A stretch of 59,621 nucleotides of DNA from Chromera velia (taxonomy: Eukaryota). The notes beneath the pieces are model-generated. The model was not told the origin of the DNA, ran no database searches, and saw nothing but the letters and a program-made list of their open reading frames with translations. The stretch is taken from positions 1-59,621 of the forward strand of contig JAHBMJ010000031.1 in NCBI GenBank assembly GCA_018398765.1, read 5' to 3'. Positions 37,650 to 51,700 of this stretch are shown in pieces (the stretch's first letter is position 1; every line of letters begins with the position of its first letter). Both the position numbers and the translations under genes were made by a program.

Positions 37650-38900
37650 GATGCGAAGCATGCGTGATGAACTAGAATGTAAATAGCTTGTTGAACGTAG
37701 TTGTTGAACGTTTTCAACAGTTTTAAATGATTCTTTCTTCTTTTAATTTCTGTTTTGATATTTTATTATAATGAGGCTCTGCCAGACATTTTAAAATTCT
37801 AGTTAAAATTGTTCGATCATTAATTTATAATCATCATACGCCATCGCCATCGGTCTACTATGCTAAGTGTTTGAGTAGCGTTCGGCACTAAGTTTGGCAG
37901 GTTGTAAAATGCAAAGCAGACTGAGTCTCAAGCAGATTATAAAATGGTAAATTTAAACTCTAACTTGGCAACTACTACCGTTACAATAGTAGCTCAACAC
38001 CTGTAGTTTTTTTAAAACGTTTTTGCTTCTAGCAATGCACATTAATTTGCACTTTATATGTATATAGTGCTATAGGCATGGTGTCAACTGCCTGGCAGCA
38101 CGCGCGATGCCATACTAGTACAACCTCATAACGTCATCATCTTTAATACATATATATTTTAAAACTAGTTCTAAAAGGTTAATTATAAGTTTTTGGAAGG
38201 TCTCTTACGTACACCTAATAGTATCTAACACATGCAGGCTGACAGCTCAGCTTGCAGAACCCTATAATAGTCAAAATTATAAGTCAAACGTCTATATATA
38301 CAGATGACCAATGGGGAATGCTTCTCAAAAATTTAAGTTAAAAGTCTTTAGCAGTTTAGAGAGATGACTAATAGGGCTGCAGTACTATGGCTGTTACTGT
38401 GCAGAATTAAATGAGGGGAGGGAGAGAGGAGTAACTGCTAAAGTAACTGCACGACGCTGATGTCTCGGTCCCAGACTCTCAGAAAGCTCTGCGGCCTCTG
38501 CCAAGACAGTATCATATGGGGGTTGCAATGTCTATCGTAGCCTATACTATGCCTATATTTGTAGGACACTATGGAGTGCCAGAAGTGGACAATGTGAAGA
38601 GAGGTGTGTTTGTCATTATACGATGATGAGGACTGGCTGTGTAACTAGTTGTGTAACTTATTTATGGGCCGATGACGACTAGGATAGCGATGGCGTATGA
38701 GGACTAGAGGTATGGTGATGAAGATGACCATACTAATTTGAAGGCAAAACTGAGCTCAGGTCTGAGCAGAAGAGCCTCAGAACTTGAAGAGATACTCTGC
38801 CCATTTTTGCACTGTACCCTTCAAGTTCCCTTAGGCTAGGCCTTCAGAATGAGTAACAAATACCAAGCACTCATTTAAAAACTGTACCGGCCTCTCTCCG
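37650..38900. mobile_element. AT/TpA-rich transposon relic
   Basis: No ORF; rich in cta/tag; catacgccatcgc (~37835) is inverted against gcgatggcgtatg (~38687); related motif at ~2968 and ~6453. Confidence 0.4.
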
Positions 38901-39450
38901 GCTGTATGACAGTGCATGTCAACCAGCTCTTCTCATGCACACTCCCCTAGCTCCCTTAATTCAAAGGCATCGATCCCTTCACCTCCAAACCCCCACCTCC
39001 ACCAGGTGAGTACAAGCAGTCAAAGCAGCCCTCAATCATCCATCGCTGCTATCCTCTTCTCTGCCCCCTCCTCCCCTTGTCTGCACCACCCCCATGCATT
39101 CTCGCTCTGACGTGCAGACAGTCTGTCAACGATCATTCAGTCTGAGAGGGGAGACGCCGACTGCATGTGATCCGATCGGTGTCTTCATTCAATCAGCAAC
39201 CTCCCTCACCTCAGGCTGTCTCCTAGCCTGTCTCCCTATCTCCCGCCCAATTAGATATGGAATTAAATTAATGCCTCCACAATCTTCACATTCATTCACA
39301 TAATCATGCACACATTATTAATTTGCACTTCTGCAGGGGCCTGTTCATGTACCGACCCCCTCCCCATGCATCCAGCCGGACCCTCAAAATCTCCTTCCCA
39401 ACGAGCCTACACTCTCGGAGGGGAGGGGAGGGGAGGGCGCCCACCTTCTC

Positions 39451-41819
39451 TCACATAATCACGCATTTGCAACAATGGGCCTTCCCAAGATCTTCCACTT
39501 TTCTCCCGTTTCCCTTCCCACCGCCCCCCTCGGACCCCTGCCCATCCTCACCAAGCTAGACCTGAAGATCTTCCCATCGATTGGCATCCATGTTATACAA
39601 CTTTACCCGACAACCAGGCAGGGCTTTCTAGAGGTCCTTCAGCTCAGCACTTCCCTTAAGGTGCACAGCAATGGGGTCGTGCGACTCATCGTCGACTGTG
39701 AGTTGCAATGTCTGCATGCATGCAGGAGGGGGAGTTCTCTCTCACCAATTCTTCTATAATGTCATGCATGAACTGATTCAGACCTCATTTGTAGTTTTAA
39801 TCAATGCATGTCGTACGCAAGAGTACACAATTCAACAACCTTTCTAGCTGTCTGATCTGCTAGCTCGTGTCCTTCTTCTCCCCCCCCCTTCCTTTCAAAA
39901 AACAAATTCCTCCCTCTGCCTTTCTGCTCACTCACCTTCAGTTGGCACAGGCACGTCAGCGCAGACAGGGAGGAGAGCCCAAATTTATTTCCCACCAACT
40001 CCAACTTCCACAGTGAAGAGAGGGCGCCGAGACCGGCAGCAATAGGGGGAAGAGAGTCGTCGTTTAAATGACAGTCTCTCAGTACCACCTCCTCAACCTG
40101 ACACACAGGCTGCTCCCCCATCCACGCGAAGTACTCCCTCAGCATCTTCCCCTTCTCCTTCGTATCAATTTTGTATTTGTTGTTCATGTCGATTTCCTTC
40201 TGTCTCCTCACTTGTGTGTCGAGCACGAAAGCTCTGTAAAGATTCGCGACCAATGGACGGTCCTCCTTCCCGTTGGTGAATCTGACTACAAATCCCTCTC
40301 TGTTGTCATCTGTTCTCTCTTCTGGTCTCTTCTCCTCCTGCAGCCGCTGGAACGCGGGAGGGGAGAGGGGGGCTTGCTCGAGAGTCCCTGTCAAGGGGCC
40401 CAGATGGATTGTATTATCTTCCGGTTTAATTGCGGCGACTCGGGACTCGAAGTTCGTCCAGCTGCGCTTGTGGTAGGGAGTCTTGGTTGTCACCCCCTCC
40501 AGCTCTGCCGGCACATCCGTGCACCGAAGAAACATGACGTCGCGTGACGTGTTTCTATATACACAGGACAGCAGTCCCAGTCCCTGCTTGAAGGTGGCAT
40601 CAAGAGGGCGTCCTCTTTAGGTGTTCTGCCTTTGACGGGCAGCCACTGGTGGAGACTGGTGAAGTCTTGGAAGTAGACGGGAAAGAAGCCTATGTTTTTA
40701 GGAAAGGTGTCGTTGCTTGTTCGTTGGAAGTCTTTCTCTATCCAGGACTCCTCGTCCTCCTCTCCCTCTCTCTTCTCCCGCTTGCCCCCCCGTTCATTCA
40801 AGAACAAATTCTCACCCTCCTCCCTTCCCGAACGAACGAACGAACGATTTCGTTTCCTTATCCGAAGCTTTTTTCTTCAACCCCTCCATGACGGTTTTGG
40901 CAGTGCTGCCTGTGGGGTTTGGGTGCTCTGCGGAGTGCCAAGAGTAGGATAGAACATAGATACGGCCCCCCCGGCCCCTGTCTGTCATCAATTGCACCAC
41001 CTCCTCGACGGAGAAGTAAATGCTGGGAAAGCGTCTCTCCATCTCCTGTCGAGGCTTCACCCTTTCTCCCATAGCCACATACTTTATAAGGGCGAAAATG
41101 TTGACAACGTGTGCCCAGTAGAGGGTCAACTCTGTGTGGTGCTTTACACGGGAGGTCTCCAGCAAAACGTCTATCGCATATTCAAACCGCACCACTTTTC
41201 CCCGTTCAAATTCAAAATTATGTTTGATGGCGTCAGTGTTCATCTTCAGCACCCCCTCCCATCTGTGACTGTACGCTCGCACCGACTGACTGCAACAACG
41301 GCAGTCTGGGCACTCCTCTCCTTCTCCTGGAAGCTCGCGGAATATTTTGTATGCGCACCTAAAATCGTTTACATGCAAGTTTTCCCAGTACTCGCGTACT
41401 CGGGCACGCCCCTCAGCGTGTGTTTGCCTCTCTTTCTGCAGAGTACTGAGCATCCTGCTTTTCACAAAGTAGAGTCTGCTGTAGGGATATATATACAGAG
41501 AGCCTGCCAGAAAATTGAAGGTCACGAAATGGATGGATCTGAAAAGACTGGACAGAACTTGCAGGGCTTTTACTTTCTCTTACACCTCCGTCCGTCTTGT
41601 CAGGCCCAGAGGACGCTTCTTAATATTAAGGATTCGGACTTGCACAAACCACAGAAGCTATTTGGTCTGTGTCAAAGAGCTTGTAGAGCTTTCACTTGCT
41701 CCCACGGCTTCCTCTTGTTGGGCCGTTCACCGAGGACCCTTCTAGCTTTGGTTTCCGACTTCTGCCTTATCCAAACGTTTCTTTTTTTCACAGAGAGGGC
41801 ATTCTTGGATGCGGTACAT
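39451..41819 (-). pseudogene. HET-domain + leucine-rich-repeat protein with C-terminal CaaX motif, pseudogene
   Basis: ATG at 41819. HET-like motifs IYVLSYSW..HPNPTG, FQDFTSLHQ..RT, PYHKRSWTNFE. LRR segments VEEVVLRDCHL, LWKLELVGNKFG, LKTLQL. Phase-0 GT-AG intron 39935-39712. Last exon ends AHCCKCVIM-TGA (39451). Six in-frame stops and two frameshifts (~40830 in a GAAC repeat, ~40600-40540). Confidence 0.8.
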
Positions 41820-42690
41820 GAGGCTCGTTTTAATTTGTTGTTTCTCGATGATCGACTGACCTGAATCGATCATTCATTAGGTATGTATCGCTTCGGGAAA
41901 AGGGCATATTTTTTATTTAGCCTATGCATGTCGCCTCGGGGGGCAGCTCAGCTCTGCTGAGATCAGCCGAGAGGTCCTGAGATCGCACGCACTCGCATAA
42001 CGCATTTTTTCATTTTGGGGGGGGGGGATCGGTTCTGCATGTCTCTGTTCCAAAATGTGCTCCTCAAGTAACTCGCACAGAGCCGTGATCCCATATGCCT
42101 TAATTACTTTGCGCATACGTGCCCCTCAAGTAACTCGTACGGAGTTGCACATGCATACGACGCGCGCGCGGTCCCGAAAATCATACTTCGCTGCCGTGGC
42201 CCCCGCCCCATGGCAGCACACAACTTAGACATGCCCAAGCCCCCGATGGTGTGCATCAATTAGCGGACCCCCCTGAGGCACTCACCCAACTGGTTGGGTG
42301 CATCCCGTTTTATATCGCGGTCGTGGGGAACAAAAGCGCTTTCTGCGCGCGGCCGGGCCCGCCGGGCCCGCCGGGCCGCGGGGAGTGCATCAGCTATGCG
42401 TCGATCAGCTTTGATTTTTTTTTTTTTCAAGTACGTGATTCGCAGCTGTATAGTAACAGCCGTTCTTGCGGCTACATACGGAGCTGTGCGACCGCCAAGA
42501 GTCAGCTAGCTGTATAGAGAGCTAAACATCGTCTCAGATTGACTCGACAGATCCCAGTCGTTTGACTTTGCGAGCTTCCCTTGTCCGCCTCGATGCAGCC
42601 CTGATCGATTGAGAGAAATCAGGTGTGTTGCGTGATTTTTTTTGGTGAGAGAGAGACAGTTGCCGTCCTCTTCAGAGACGGCCGAACGAA

Positions 42691-44822
42691 ATGCCGGCAA
42701 TGTTGAGAAGCCAGCAGTGCGCTTTTCGGAGTCCCAGTTTCCTTTTCGTGTACACTTTCCTTCTTTGCCTTGTGAGGTCATGCCACTGCTTTCTTGCGCC
42801 TTCGTCTCCCTTTGACCCCTCACGGAGCCGTCTCTCAACGTCTCTGGCAGAGAGGAGGCAAAAAGGGCCCGAGGGAGGATTCTCAGGTGTGCTCCCTGAC
42901 CTGCCCCCGATGGATGAGGAGACAGCTGCCCGACAGAGGGAGAGGAGACGGGCCCGTTCCCCCTCCTCCTCCCCCTTTGCAGAAGACTTTGATCCCGACA
43001 GCGAGCCTGATCCCTTCGACGTCTCCGCCGAGAAACAGCGTCTGTTGTCCTCCCCTCTCAGCAAGCGTGCCAAAATGAAACTGAGAGACCTCGACGAAGT
43101 CCAGAAGGACAGATGGATGAGGGACCGTCTCCGTGTCATTGAGGGGAAGGTGGAGGCCCGGTTAAAGAGGGAGAAGCTGAAGAGTGCACTCAAAAAGGCA
43201 CGACTGTCAAGACTGCGCCAGTGGCAGGAGGCAGCCAGAGTCCGAGCCGAGGAGACGGACTGGCAGAATGCGAAGTTGAGCTTTGGGGATTTCAACTTGA
43301 CAGGTCACACAGCAGCCGCCCTTCTTCAGTATGGCATCCAGACCCCCACCTCCATCCAGGCAGCCGCCATGCCCGTGATAGGCCAGGGGAGGAACGCGAT
43401 TATCCACTCAGAGACGGGCAGTGGGAAGACCTTGGCTTACCTTCTGCCCCTTCTCCATCGTATGAACGAAAACGAGAAGAAGTTCAAACACGGGAAGAAG
43501 AAAAGGGAGGCAGAGAGGCTCGAGAGACAGCAGGTAGTGGCAGAGGTGTTGGCCCGCGGGGGTTTGAAGGCTTCATTGGAGGAGTCCTACAGGAGAGAGC
43601 TGAGGTCGTTGCAGGACCCTCAAGAGACAGAGGGGAGGAATAAACCGCAAATGCAGACACTCATCATCACGCCAACAAGAGAACTCGCAATTCAAGTGGC
43701 ATCCGAGGTCAGTCAGTCAGAGAAAGAGTGAGAGAGAGAAAGAGAGTCTGCTTCTTTGTTTCTTTTCTTCCTCGCATTTTATTTTTCTTACTTGCTTCTG
43801 ACCGTTTTCCTTTCACTCCTCCCGTCCGTCATTTTTTCCTTCCTGCCCGTCGTCCCCCCTCATTTTCTCTCTCTTTGCTCAGAGAAGCACAATTTTGGCC
43901 TCTGTGTTGCGCCCACCGTCTCTTTCTTCTCTTCTTTTCTCCGTGGACCCTCCAACTTCCTCTCTCTCGCACTCCCTTCCCTCAACTCAAAGGAGCATCC
44001 ATGCGACTTTCTTTCCACTGCTTTTTTTTTCTTTTCTCTTCTTTTCCTCCTGTGTCTGTGTGTGCTGGCAGATTCGGAGTCTGGAGGGAAGAGACGATGC
44101 AGTCCATCTGGTGGTCGAGTCGGAGAAGGCAGATGTGGAAGCAATCGCACCTGCAATGTCTGTCTCTTCTCTTCTGTTCTGTTCTGTTCTGTTTGTCGGT
44201 AGGATGTAAAGAAGAGAGAAATGAATCGAGGGGGGGGATGATGTCGAGCTAGGGCTAAGAATGATCATTGGTTTGGGGTGCGGATTCGAAAGAGGGTTGG
44301 TTTTGAATGAGCGCATTTTTTTGAAGCGGACGCCTCTCGAGCTTCATGTTGTGTGTCGGGGAGGCACGCAAGTGAAGTCCCACTGCCTGCCTGTCTGGCG
44401 GTCCTTTTGTTTGTTTGTCTTCGGGGGAAGGCCTGGGCTTGTGTTTCCTTTGTTGAGTTTTGCTCTGCCGCGCCTGCACTCTTCTCCATGCACTACTTTT
44501 GCAGAGAGAGAATGGACAGGGCAGAGAGAGAGAGAGCAGAACGCCCGCGTGTAGAGAGTAAATGCATGCAGAGAATGCATAAAGAATTCTGTATGAAGAT
44601 GAATGCATACAGAGAATCGACAGATAGAGCAGACCTTTCACAGAGAGTGAAATTGTCGCCGGCTCTCGCAGCAGGGGAGGGGACAGGAGGGAGCAGCAAT
44701 GAGACGAAACCTCATTTCTCATTTCACTTGGGGGGAGCAAACGATCGATCTTTCTCTCTGTGTGAATGTATGTGGAGTCACCGTGCGCATCGAAGAAGAG
44801 GAATATTAATGAATAGATGTGC

Positions 44823-44864
<42 letters not shown>

Positions 44865-45180
44865 GGAGAGGAGTCGTTGGATGGTTGGGACTGCAGGGAA
44901 TTTGATGATGACTCTGACTGCATCTCGCATGGGCCCTCTGTTGATGAAGCAACTGGACCACTTAGTGCTTGATGAGGTGGATAGGCTCATTGAAGTCGAC
45001 AGCTATGGTCAGTCAATCAGGCGGTCGGTCAGTATGTGTATGAATGAATGTAGCATCAATTATGTGGGAGGGTGTGAGTGAGCTTGCTCGCATCCGGGGG
45101 TGCAGAATCGAACGAACTCCAAAAAGGCCAAGCGGGCATCTGGATATCAACGTCTGTGCAAAATGTGTGTGTGTGTATGT

Positions 45181-45211
<31 letters not shown>

Positions 45212-46178
45212 CAGAGAATCCAAGGAACGCAAAAGAGGCCAAAAAGGCGCGATTGCACCCAAAGCCGGGCGCCGTCCTTGCACAGGTGGGGTCTCTCCCC
45301 TTGCCTCCCCCTGCCCCCCCTTGCGTCCCTACCCACCGTCCGCTCCCACCCATTCGCTGCTCCATGAAAAAAAGCTGCATGTGTCTGCTGAACCAACTCT
45401 TTCCGACCAGAGGAATATAGTAAGTGCCGCTTGTCCGCCTGCCTGCCTGTGTGGGTGGCGCTGTGGTCTGTCGCACAGTTCTCCCGGGGGGATGCGCTGA
45501 GACGCCATGGAGGCAGGTCTCCGACTGGATGGATGGACGGACGGATCAGATTTGTGATGGCCTGCCTGCCTATGCGCATGGAATGTTGAAGAAGAATGAT
45601 GGATGCCGCTGTTTGTTGACAAGGGGGAAAGATAAGGCAGGTTCCGGGAAGAAGTGCGGGAGGGAGAACGGACGGATGGATGCTGCAGAAGACGGAGGGC
45701 CTGCAGGGCGCGTGTCCGTTCGGCTTGGTACTTCTTCGTTGCTACATGCATGTACGCATGCATGGAGAAAGAAAATTGTGTACGTTCGATCAGTCAGTCA
45801 GTCAGTCAAGTGGATGCATGGGACACTTGACCGGAATCCAATGTGATGGAATGAGTGCAGGCTGTGATGGCTGGGGCCAAGAGTCGCATGAACAAGGTGC
45901 AGCTGGTTGCCGTCTCCGCCACTGTGAGCCGGGACCTCCGCAGAGCCCTGGCTTCCCTGGTGGGAAACAGGAGCAATTGGAGGTTTGACCCTGAGATAGT
46001 GGAGCCTCCGGAGTTGAGAGACGACAAGGAGGGCGGGCAGATGGGAACAGTGAGGATACCCAAAGACATCAAGCACTTCTACCTGCCTCTTCGGGCTGGA
46101 GACGCACGTACGTCACAAGTCTTTTGCCCCCTCTCCCTCTCTGCGTCTCCTTTTCTGTCTCTGTCGATCGACCCGTCC

Positions 46179-46236
<58 letters not shown>

Positions 46237-48351
46237 CTACAGGCACGAAGATCGACGCGCTCGTGAGTGTGATGAAGAGTCTGAAGCCAGTGAAGCCCAT
46301 TGTCTTTGTGGAGTCCTCCCATTCTGTGAGGTCTCTGTGCATGCTCCTGCACGAGAGGGGCGTCACGGTGGGTGGGTCCCTCCCTTTAAAATCTCTCGTC
46401 TCTTCTTTTTTGTTTGCTTTATGTTCCGCGCTCCTCTGATATTCTCCTCCTCGATTCATTGGTTTGAATCTTATTCGCATCAATCATTCTTTCCTCCTGG
46501 ATCCTTTTGTTCCTTCCTTCCCTGAATGTTCATTCCTTGATCCTCTTTGATCTCCTTCTCTCCTCCGGTCTCTGCCCGCTTTTGCTTTTGAGTGTGAATC
46601 AGCTGACATGGCTACCACGTGCTTTTGCTTTTGAGTGTGAATCAGCTGACATGGCTACCACGTGCTTTTGCTTTTGAGTGTGAATCAGCTGACTTTTGCT
46701 TTTGAGTGTGAACCACGTGCCCCCCCCGTGCACTCTGTTGAACATAACTCGGCCTGCCTCCCTCCCTGCCTGCCTGGCTGATTGCAGGAGGCGGTCCCTC
46801 TGCACGAAGCTTTGGGGTACGTAAGTGCCCGGAGGAAGGCGGACGTGGTGCGGCGTGAGAGGGAAGAGCAGGCATTCCTGGAGGAACTGGGGCAGAGGGA
46901 CAGCAGGGCTGCGCAGAGCCTCAAAGGCGTGTTCGGGATGGGGTCTCGTGTGGGATCTGCCGAGGAGGCATTTGAGAAACACGAAATTTTGGACTCTGTC
47001 TTCAGAATATCTCCTTCGCTGCAGGGTTGGTTTGGTGGTTTGCATGGGGGAGAAGGGAAGGGGTGTTTGTTCTCTTAATTTGTTGCTTCCTTCTTTCAAG
47101 GAGGCTTTCCTTTCCTGCACTCTCTCCTTCTCATCTGCAAATCGTGCAGGTAGCATCCACCGAGTTGTTGATTGTTCGAACAGGGAGGTCTCTTTTTTGC
47201 TCCTCTGTCTGCGAATGTACACGGTTGGACCTGATAAGCAACAAACGCACAAGATGGAAGAGAGGGAAAAAGAGGAGGGCACGGCAAATTACCCTCCACT
47301 CAGTTTGCTTTTGAACAAATGCGGAGAGAATACACAAATTCATGGATAGATGGATAATCAGATTGATACACAGACAGACAGACAGAGAGTTGGCAGGGGG
47401 AGAGAGAGAGGAGGAGGAGAAGAAGAAGAAGAAGAAAACAAAGACATTTGTTTGAGCTCTTTCCGTTGTCTGTCCGCAGAGGTAGTCGCCGAAAGTGCAG
47501 CAAAGAAGTCGGGCGGAGGCAAAGATGCGCTTGGGGGGTTGGGATCTGAACCCTCAGCTGCAGCTGTGGGAGGAGGAGGAGAAAAGGGCACACAGTTCAA
47601 GCCTCCTCTCCTCATTGCGGACATGCGGGTGGGTCTGCCTTTCTGTCTTTCTGTCTATGTTGTCTGTCTCTAGAACAATCAATCACTGGCTTCCTTTCAA
47701 GAGGGACCAAACAGAGAGAGAGAGAGAGAGACTGTTTTTCTTTTCTTTTACGTGCCCTTTGACATCCATGCACTCTTCTTTCAGGTTCTTCTCTCTCCCT
47801 CCCTCCAGCCCTTTTCCCCGATGGCCTCCAAAAGTGTCCCCCCTTCCTTCCTTCCCTCCTTCCTTCCTTCTTTCCTTCCTTTCTTTACGGAAAATTGATG
47901 GCATGCAGTCCCTGGAAGAAAGGAAGCAAGAAAGGAAAGGAGGAAGGAAGGAAGGCAATTCATGCAGTAGTCTGGGCACAGTTGAGGTACACACACACAC
48001 ACACACACACACACAGGGGGGGAGAGAGAGAGAGCGAGAGAAACAGAGATGCGGCAACAAACTGCACGCCTCTCTGCACACTCATCCATGAACATGTTCA
48101 TGCCTGTCTCCGTTCCTCTTCTCCCTCCATGCGTCCCTCCCCTCCCTCCCTGCAGGCTGCACGCGGTCTTCACTTCCACGAGGTTGACGTCGTGTTCTGC
48201 CTCGGGAAGGCAGAGGGCATGACGGAGTACAAACACATAGCTGGTCAGTCAGTCAGTCAGGCTTGCGGGTGGGTCGGAGGGGAGGTAGGGGGGGATCGAG
48301 GACAGTCCCTCCCTCCCTCTTTTTCATTTATGTGTCTCCCTTCAGAACTCG

Positions 48352-48387
<36 letters not shown>

Positions 48388-48662
48388 CGTGCTCTCTGCA
48401 CCCTTTCCCACCGCCCCGTTCTCTCTCTCGCTCTCTGTGGCTGTGTGTATCTGTGCGTCAAGTTTCAACTGTATTTCATGAATTGCAAAAGAGGCTGGTT
48501 GCTGGGTCAAAAGAGTGAATTGCTTGAGGACTGGAAGACAAGCTTCATTCAGCCAGTGCACAGGTGGTCGTATGTACTTCCTTTAGGTCGTCAAATCAGT
48601 AAGGCAATCGCTACAGCACTCACGTAGAGATGACGTGTACCCGGCAGTCTTTTGTGAAGAAA

Positions 48663-48708
<46 letters not shown>

Positions 48709-51700
48709 CGATTGATTGACTGACTGACTGACTGACTCACTGACTGATTGATTGATTGATTGACAGATGGCGGATCGGCACTGACTGCACGACTGACTGA
48801 CGGACTGACTGACTCACTGACTGACTGACTCACTGCTCGACTGACTGACTGCAGGGCGCACGGGTCGTCAGGTTAAGCCTTTATTTTCATACAGAATACA
48901 TGGATACATACAGAATAATAAAATAAATGCTGACTGCAGGGCGCACGGGTCGTCAGGGGAAGGCGGGGGTTGTCGTCTCGTTGGGTTCTTACGATGAGAT
49001 GAGGTCAGCCAGCCAGCCAGCCGGGTTTCTCTCTCTCTCTCTCTCTCTCTCGCTGTCTTCCTCTGTTGACGTTTCTCTGTCTTCTGTGTCTTTTTCTCTC
49101 GCTCGGTCTCTGTTTTACTGTCTGTCTCCTCTTCTTTCAAAAGAAAAGGGAAAAAGAAAGAAAAAGAAAAAAAGAAGTCGTATGGTCTGTCTCTGCCTCT
49201 CTCGCCCTCTCTCTCTCCCTTTCCCTCCTCTCTGAGCTTGTGAGTATGTGTCTGCGTGGATTCAAAGAGTTTGTTCTTTCTGGGGAGGGGGGCCACACAA
49301 TTGAAAGACTGGCATCCCAATATCAAGCGAAGTGAATCTGTCTTGTTTCCGCTCCTGCAGGCGTTTTCTCTGTTGGTCCAAACGTCTGCGCATCAAGGTG
49401 CATCCCCTGGATCTTCCGAAGGGGTACCGGAGAGGCGTCTCCCTTGCGCCTGCGGTCTCCAGACAGTACCTGCGACTGAAGATGGAGGAGAGGAACAGAG
49501 AGGTCGAATGGATGGAGGGGCGCTTCGGGAGGGACGAGGCGTCATACGAGGAGTTCAGAAGGAGGAGAGGGAAGGGCAAGAGGGAGGAAGTGGAGGAGGA
49601 AGAGGTAGAGGAAGACGATGGGGTGGACTACGGAGAGAGAAGGGGACGGGGGGACCCGATGAAGTCTCTAAAAGAAGCGGATAGCTCGGCAGGTGGTGGT
49701 CTGCTGAAGGAATTGGATGGGCAGGGAAGGGGGCAGGTCCTCCCTTCCTCCTCCTCCTCCTCTTCGGAATCTTCCTTCGTCCTCGATGTGGACGCCTTTG
49801 CTCTGGAGGACGATGAGGATGATCAAACCCTTTCGGATGAAGAGGAAGAGGAAGAAAGTTTGCTAGAGAGAAAAGGAGATGATGAAGAGAGGACGGGCGA
49901 TTCAGAGAAGAACAAATATCAGCAGGAGGAGAAGGAGGAGGAAGAGGAGGTAGAAGACAAGTACGGGAAGGAGGACTTGACAGAGACAGAGGAGGAAGGG
50001 GAAGGGGAAGGGGAAGAGAATGGGGACGAAAATCAGGGGAGTTCACCGAACGAATATGCAGACGCAAACCTTCTTGAGGTTGTGGAGAAAGAGAAAGAAA
50101 AAGAATGGGAAGAAGAAGGCGAGAGGGCTGAAATGAGAGAAACACAAAGTGCAAACCGCCCTCAGTCAGCAGCGTCACATGAGGAGTCATCTCCTCTGTC
50201 CGTCTCTGCCAAGCACAGTAGCGAAAAAGGGGCGCAAATAGAGAAAAAGACCACAGAGCACTCACACAGAGACAGGGAAGCTGTGAAGAGCCCTGTGCAT
50301 TCCTTTGCGTTGGAAACGGAAGAGAGTGCGTTTTCTTTCTCCTCCCTCCCTTACCTCTCTTCCTCCCCCGTAGACGCTCTGAGTCTCCCTCCGGTCATCT
50401 TGGGGGACAGGCAGGAGGACGACTGGGGTCTCCTCTCAGAAGATGCGCTTGCAGCTGCTGAGGGGGGGGGGGCTTTGTCTGAGGCAGAGACGCGAGACGG
50501 AGACGAGGGACCGTCAGATGTGCCTAGAGAGGAAGAGGGAAAGAGAGAGAAAGGAAGTGGGGGTGTGGCCTCCCTCAAATCTTCTCTGGAGGATCTAGAC
50601 TCCCTCGGTCACCTCGAGGCATTCCTGTCTGAAGTCTCCGCCACACAGGCAGAGAGACTTGTGGATGCAGCAACTGCCCCGATCGGAGAGGCAGACCGCA
50701 GCGGTCATGATGCTGCGTGGGCGATGGCCGAAGGTTTTCTTTCAAAGCGGGGGCAGGTGGAGCGTCAGATGTTGGCTCAGAGGGCAGCCGGAGGAGACAA
50801 AGATGCACAAGAGAGTTTACAGATGTTGGATGAGATGGAGGTTGAGATGAATCCAGAAGATCCGTTTGAAGGCACCCCGGCCCAGCAGAAGTACCAGGAC
50901 CCTCTGAATGAAGTGATTCGAAAAAAAAGAGAGGAGCGAGAGAGAGAGGCCCAAGAACAGTCAGGACTGAGAAAGAAACCGACACCCCAGTTGTTGCCAG
51001 AAAGGCTCATAGACGCGGAATTGGATGTAGAGCGCAACGCAAGACTCAAACGCACTGCAGAGAGACTTCCCAAATTCAATATGGGAGAGACTCTCCACGA
51101 AGTACAGAGAAGAGAGCTGGTGGAAAAAAGAAAACAGATTCAGAGGGAAAGATCTTCGACCGAGGAAGAGAGTGAAGCCTTTCCTCTGGCAGAATATCTA
51201 GAAGATAAGGAAGCAAAGAATCGAGCAAGAGAGATGGCAGATGAAATCCGGGCCGAGCTAAAGAAGAGCTATTCAGAGGAAGTTCTCCAGAAAATAGAGG
51301 CCGAGAACGTTCTGCCCCCCCGCAAGCTGAGAAAGAGACAGCCAGGCGAGATCGCCTTACTCCAGCGTTTCCACCCTTCCCTTGCGGAGGCCTATCAGCG
51401 TACCGTCACTCGCACAGACGCGGGGCTGCCGAGACGGATTCAGCCAATCGATAGGTCCTTGCCCGCACTGCTGGGCGTCTCTGAATCACAGAGACAGGCA
51501 GGGTTGGAGGGCGAGGAGTCGCAGGTGAAGGGGACGAGGCGGGACGACAGCAGCCGTCTGAGTACGGTGGACGCGGCTGTACGAGAGGCAGAGGGGGAGG
51601 AAAGGGGAGAGGAGCCTGATGAAGAGAGGGAGGGAGAGTCCCTCTTCCGTACTGCAGTTGCGCGGCTGCCCGGGCGGGTGGCCGATAAGTTGCGGCCGCC

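Noticed and set aside
40992..41864. 290-aa plus-strand ORF
   Set aside because: Antisense shadow of the HET-LRR pseudogene; no recognisable features.
42340..42385. GC-rich gccgggccc repeats between the divergent HET-LRR and helicase starts as a promoter element
   Set aside because: Position is suggestive but nothing in the sequence supports a function.
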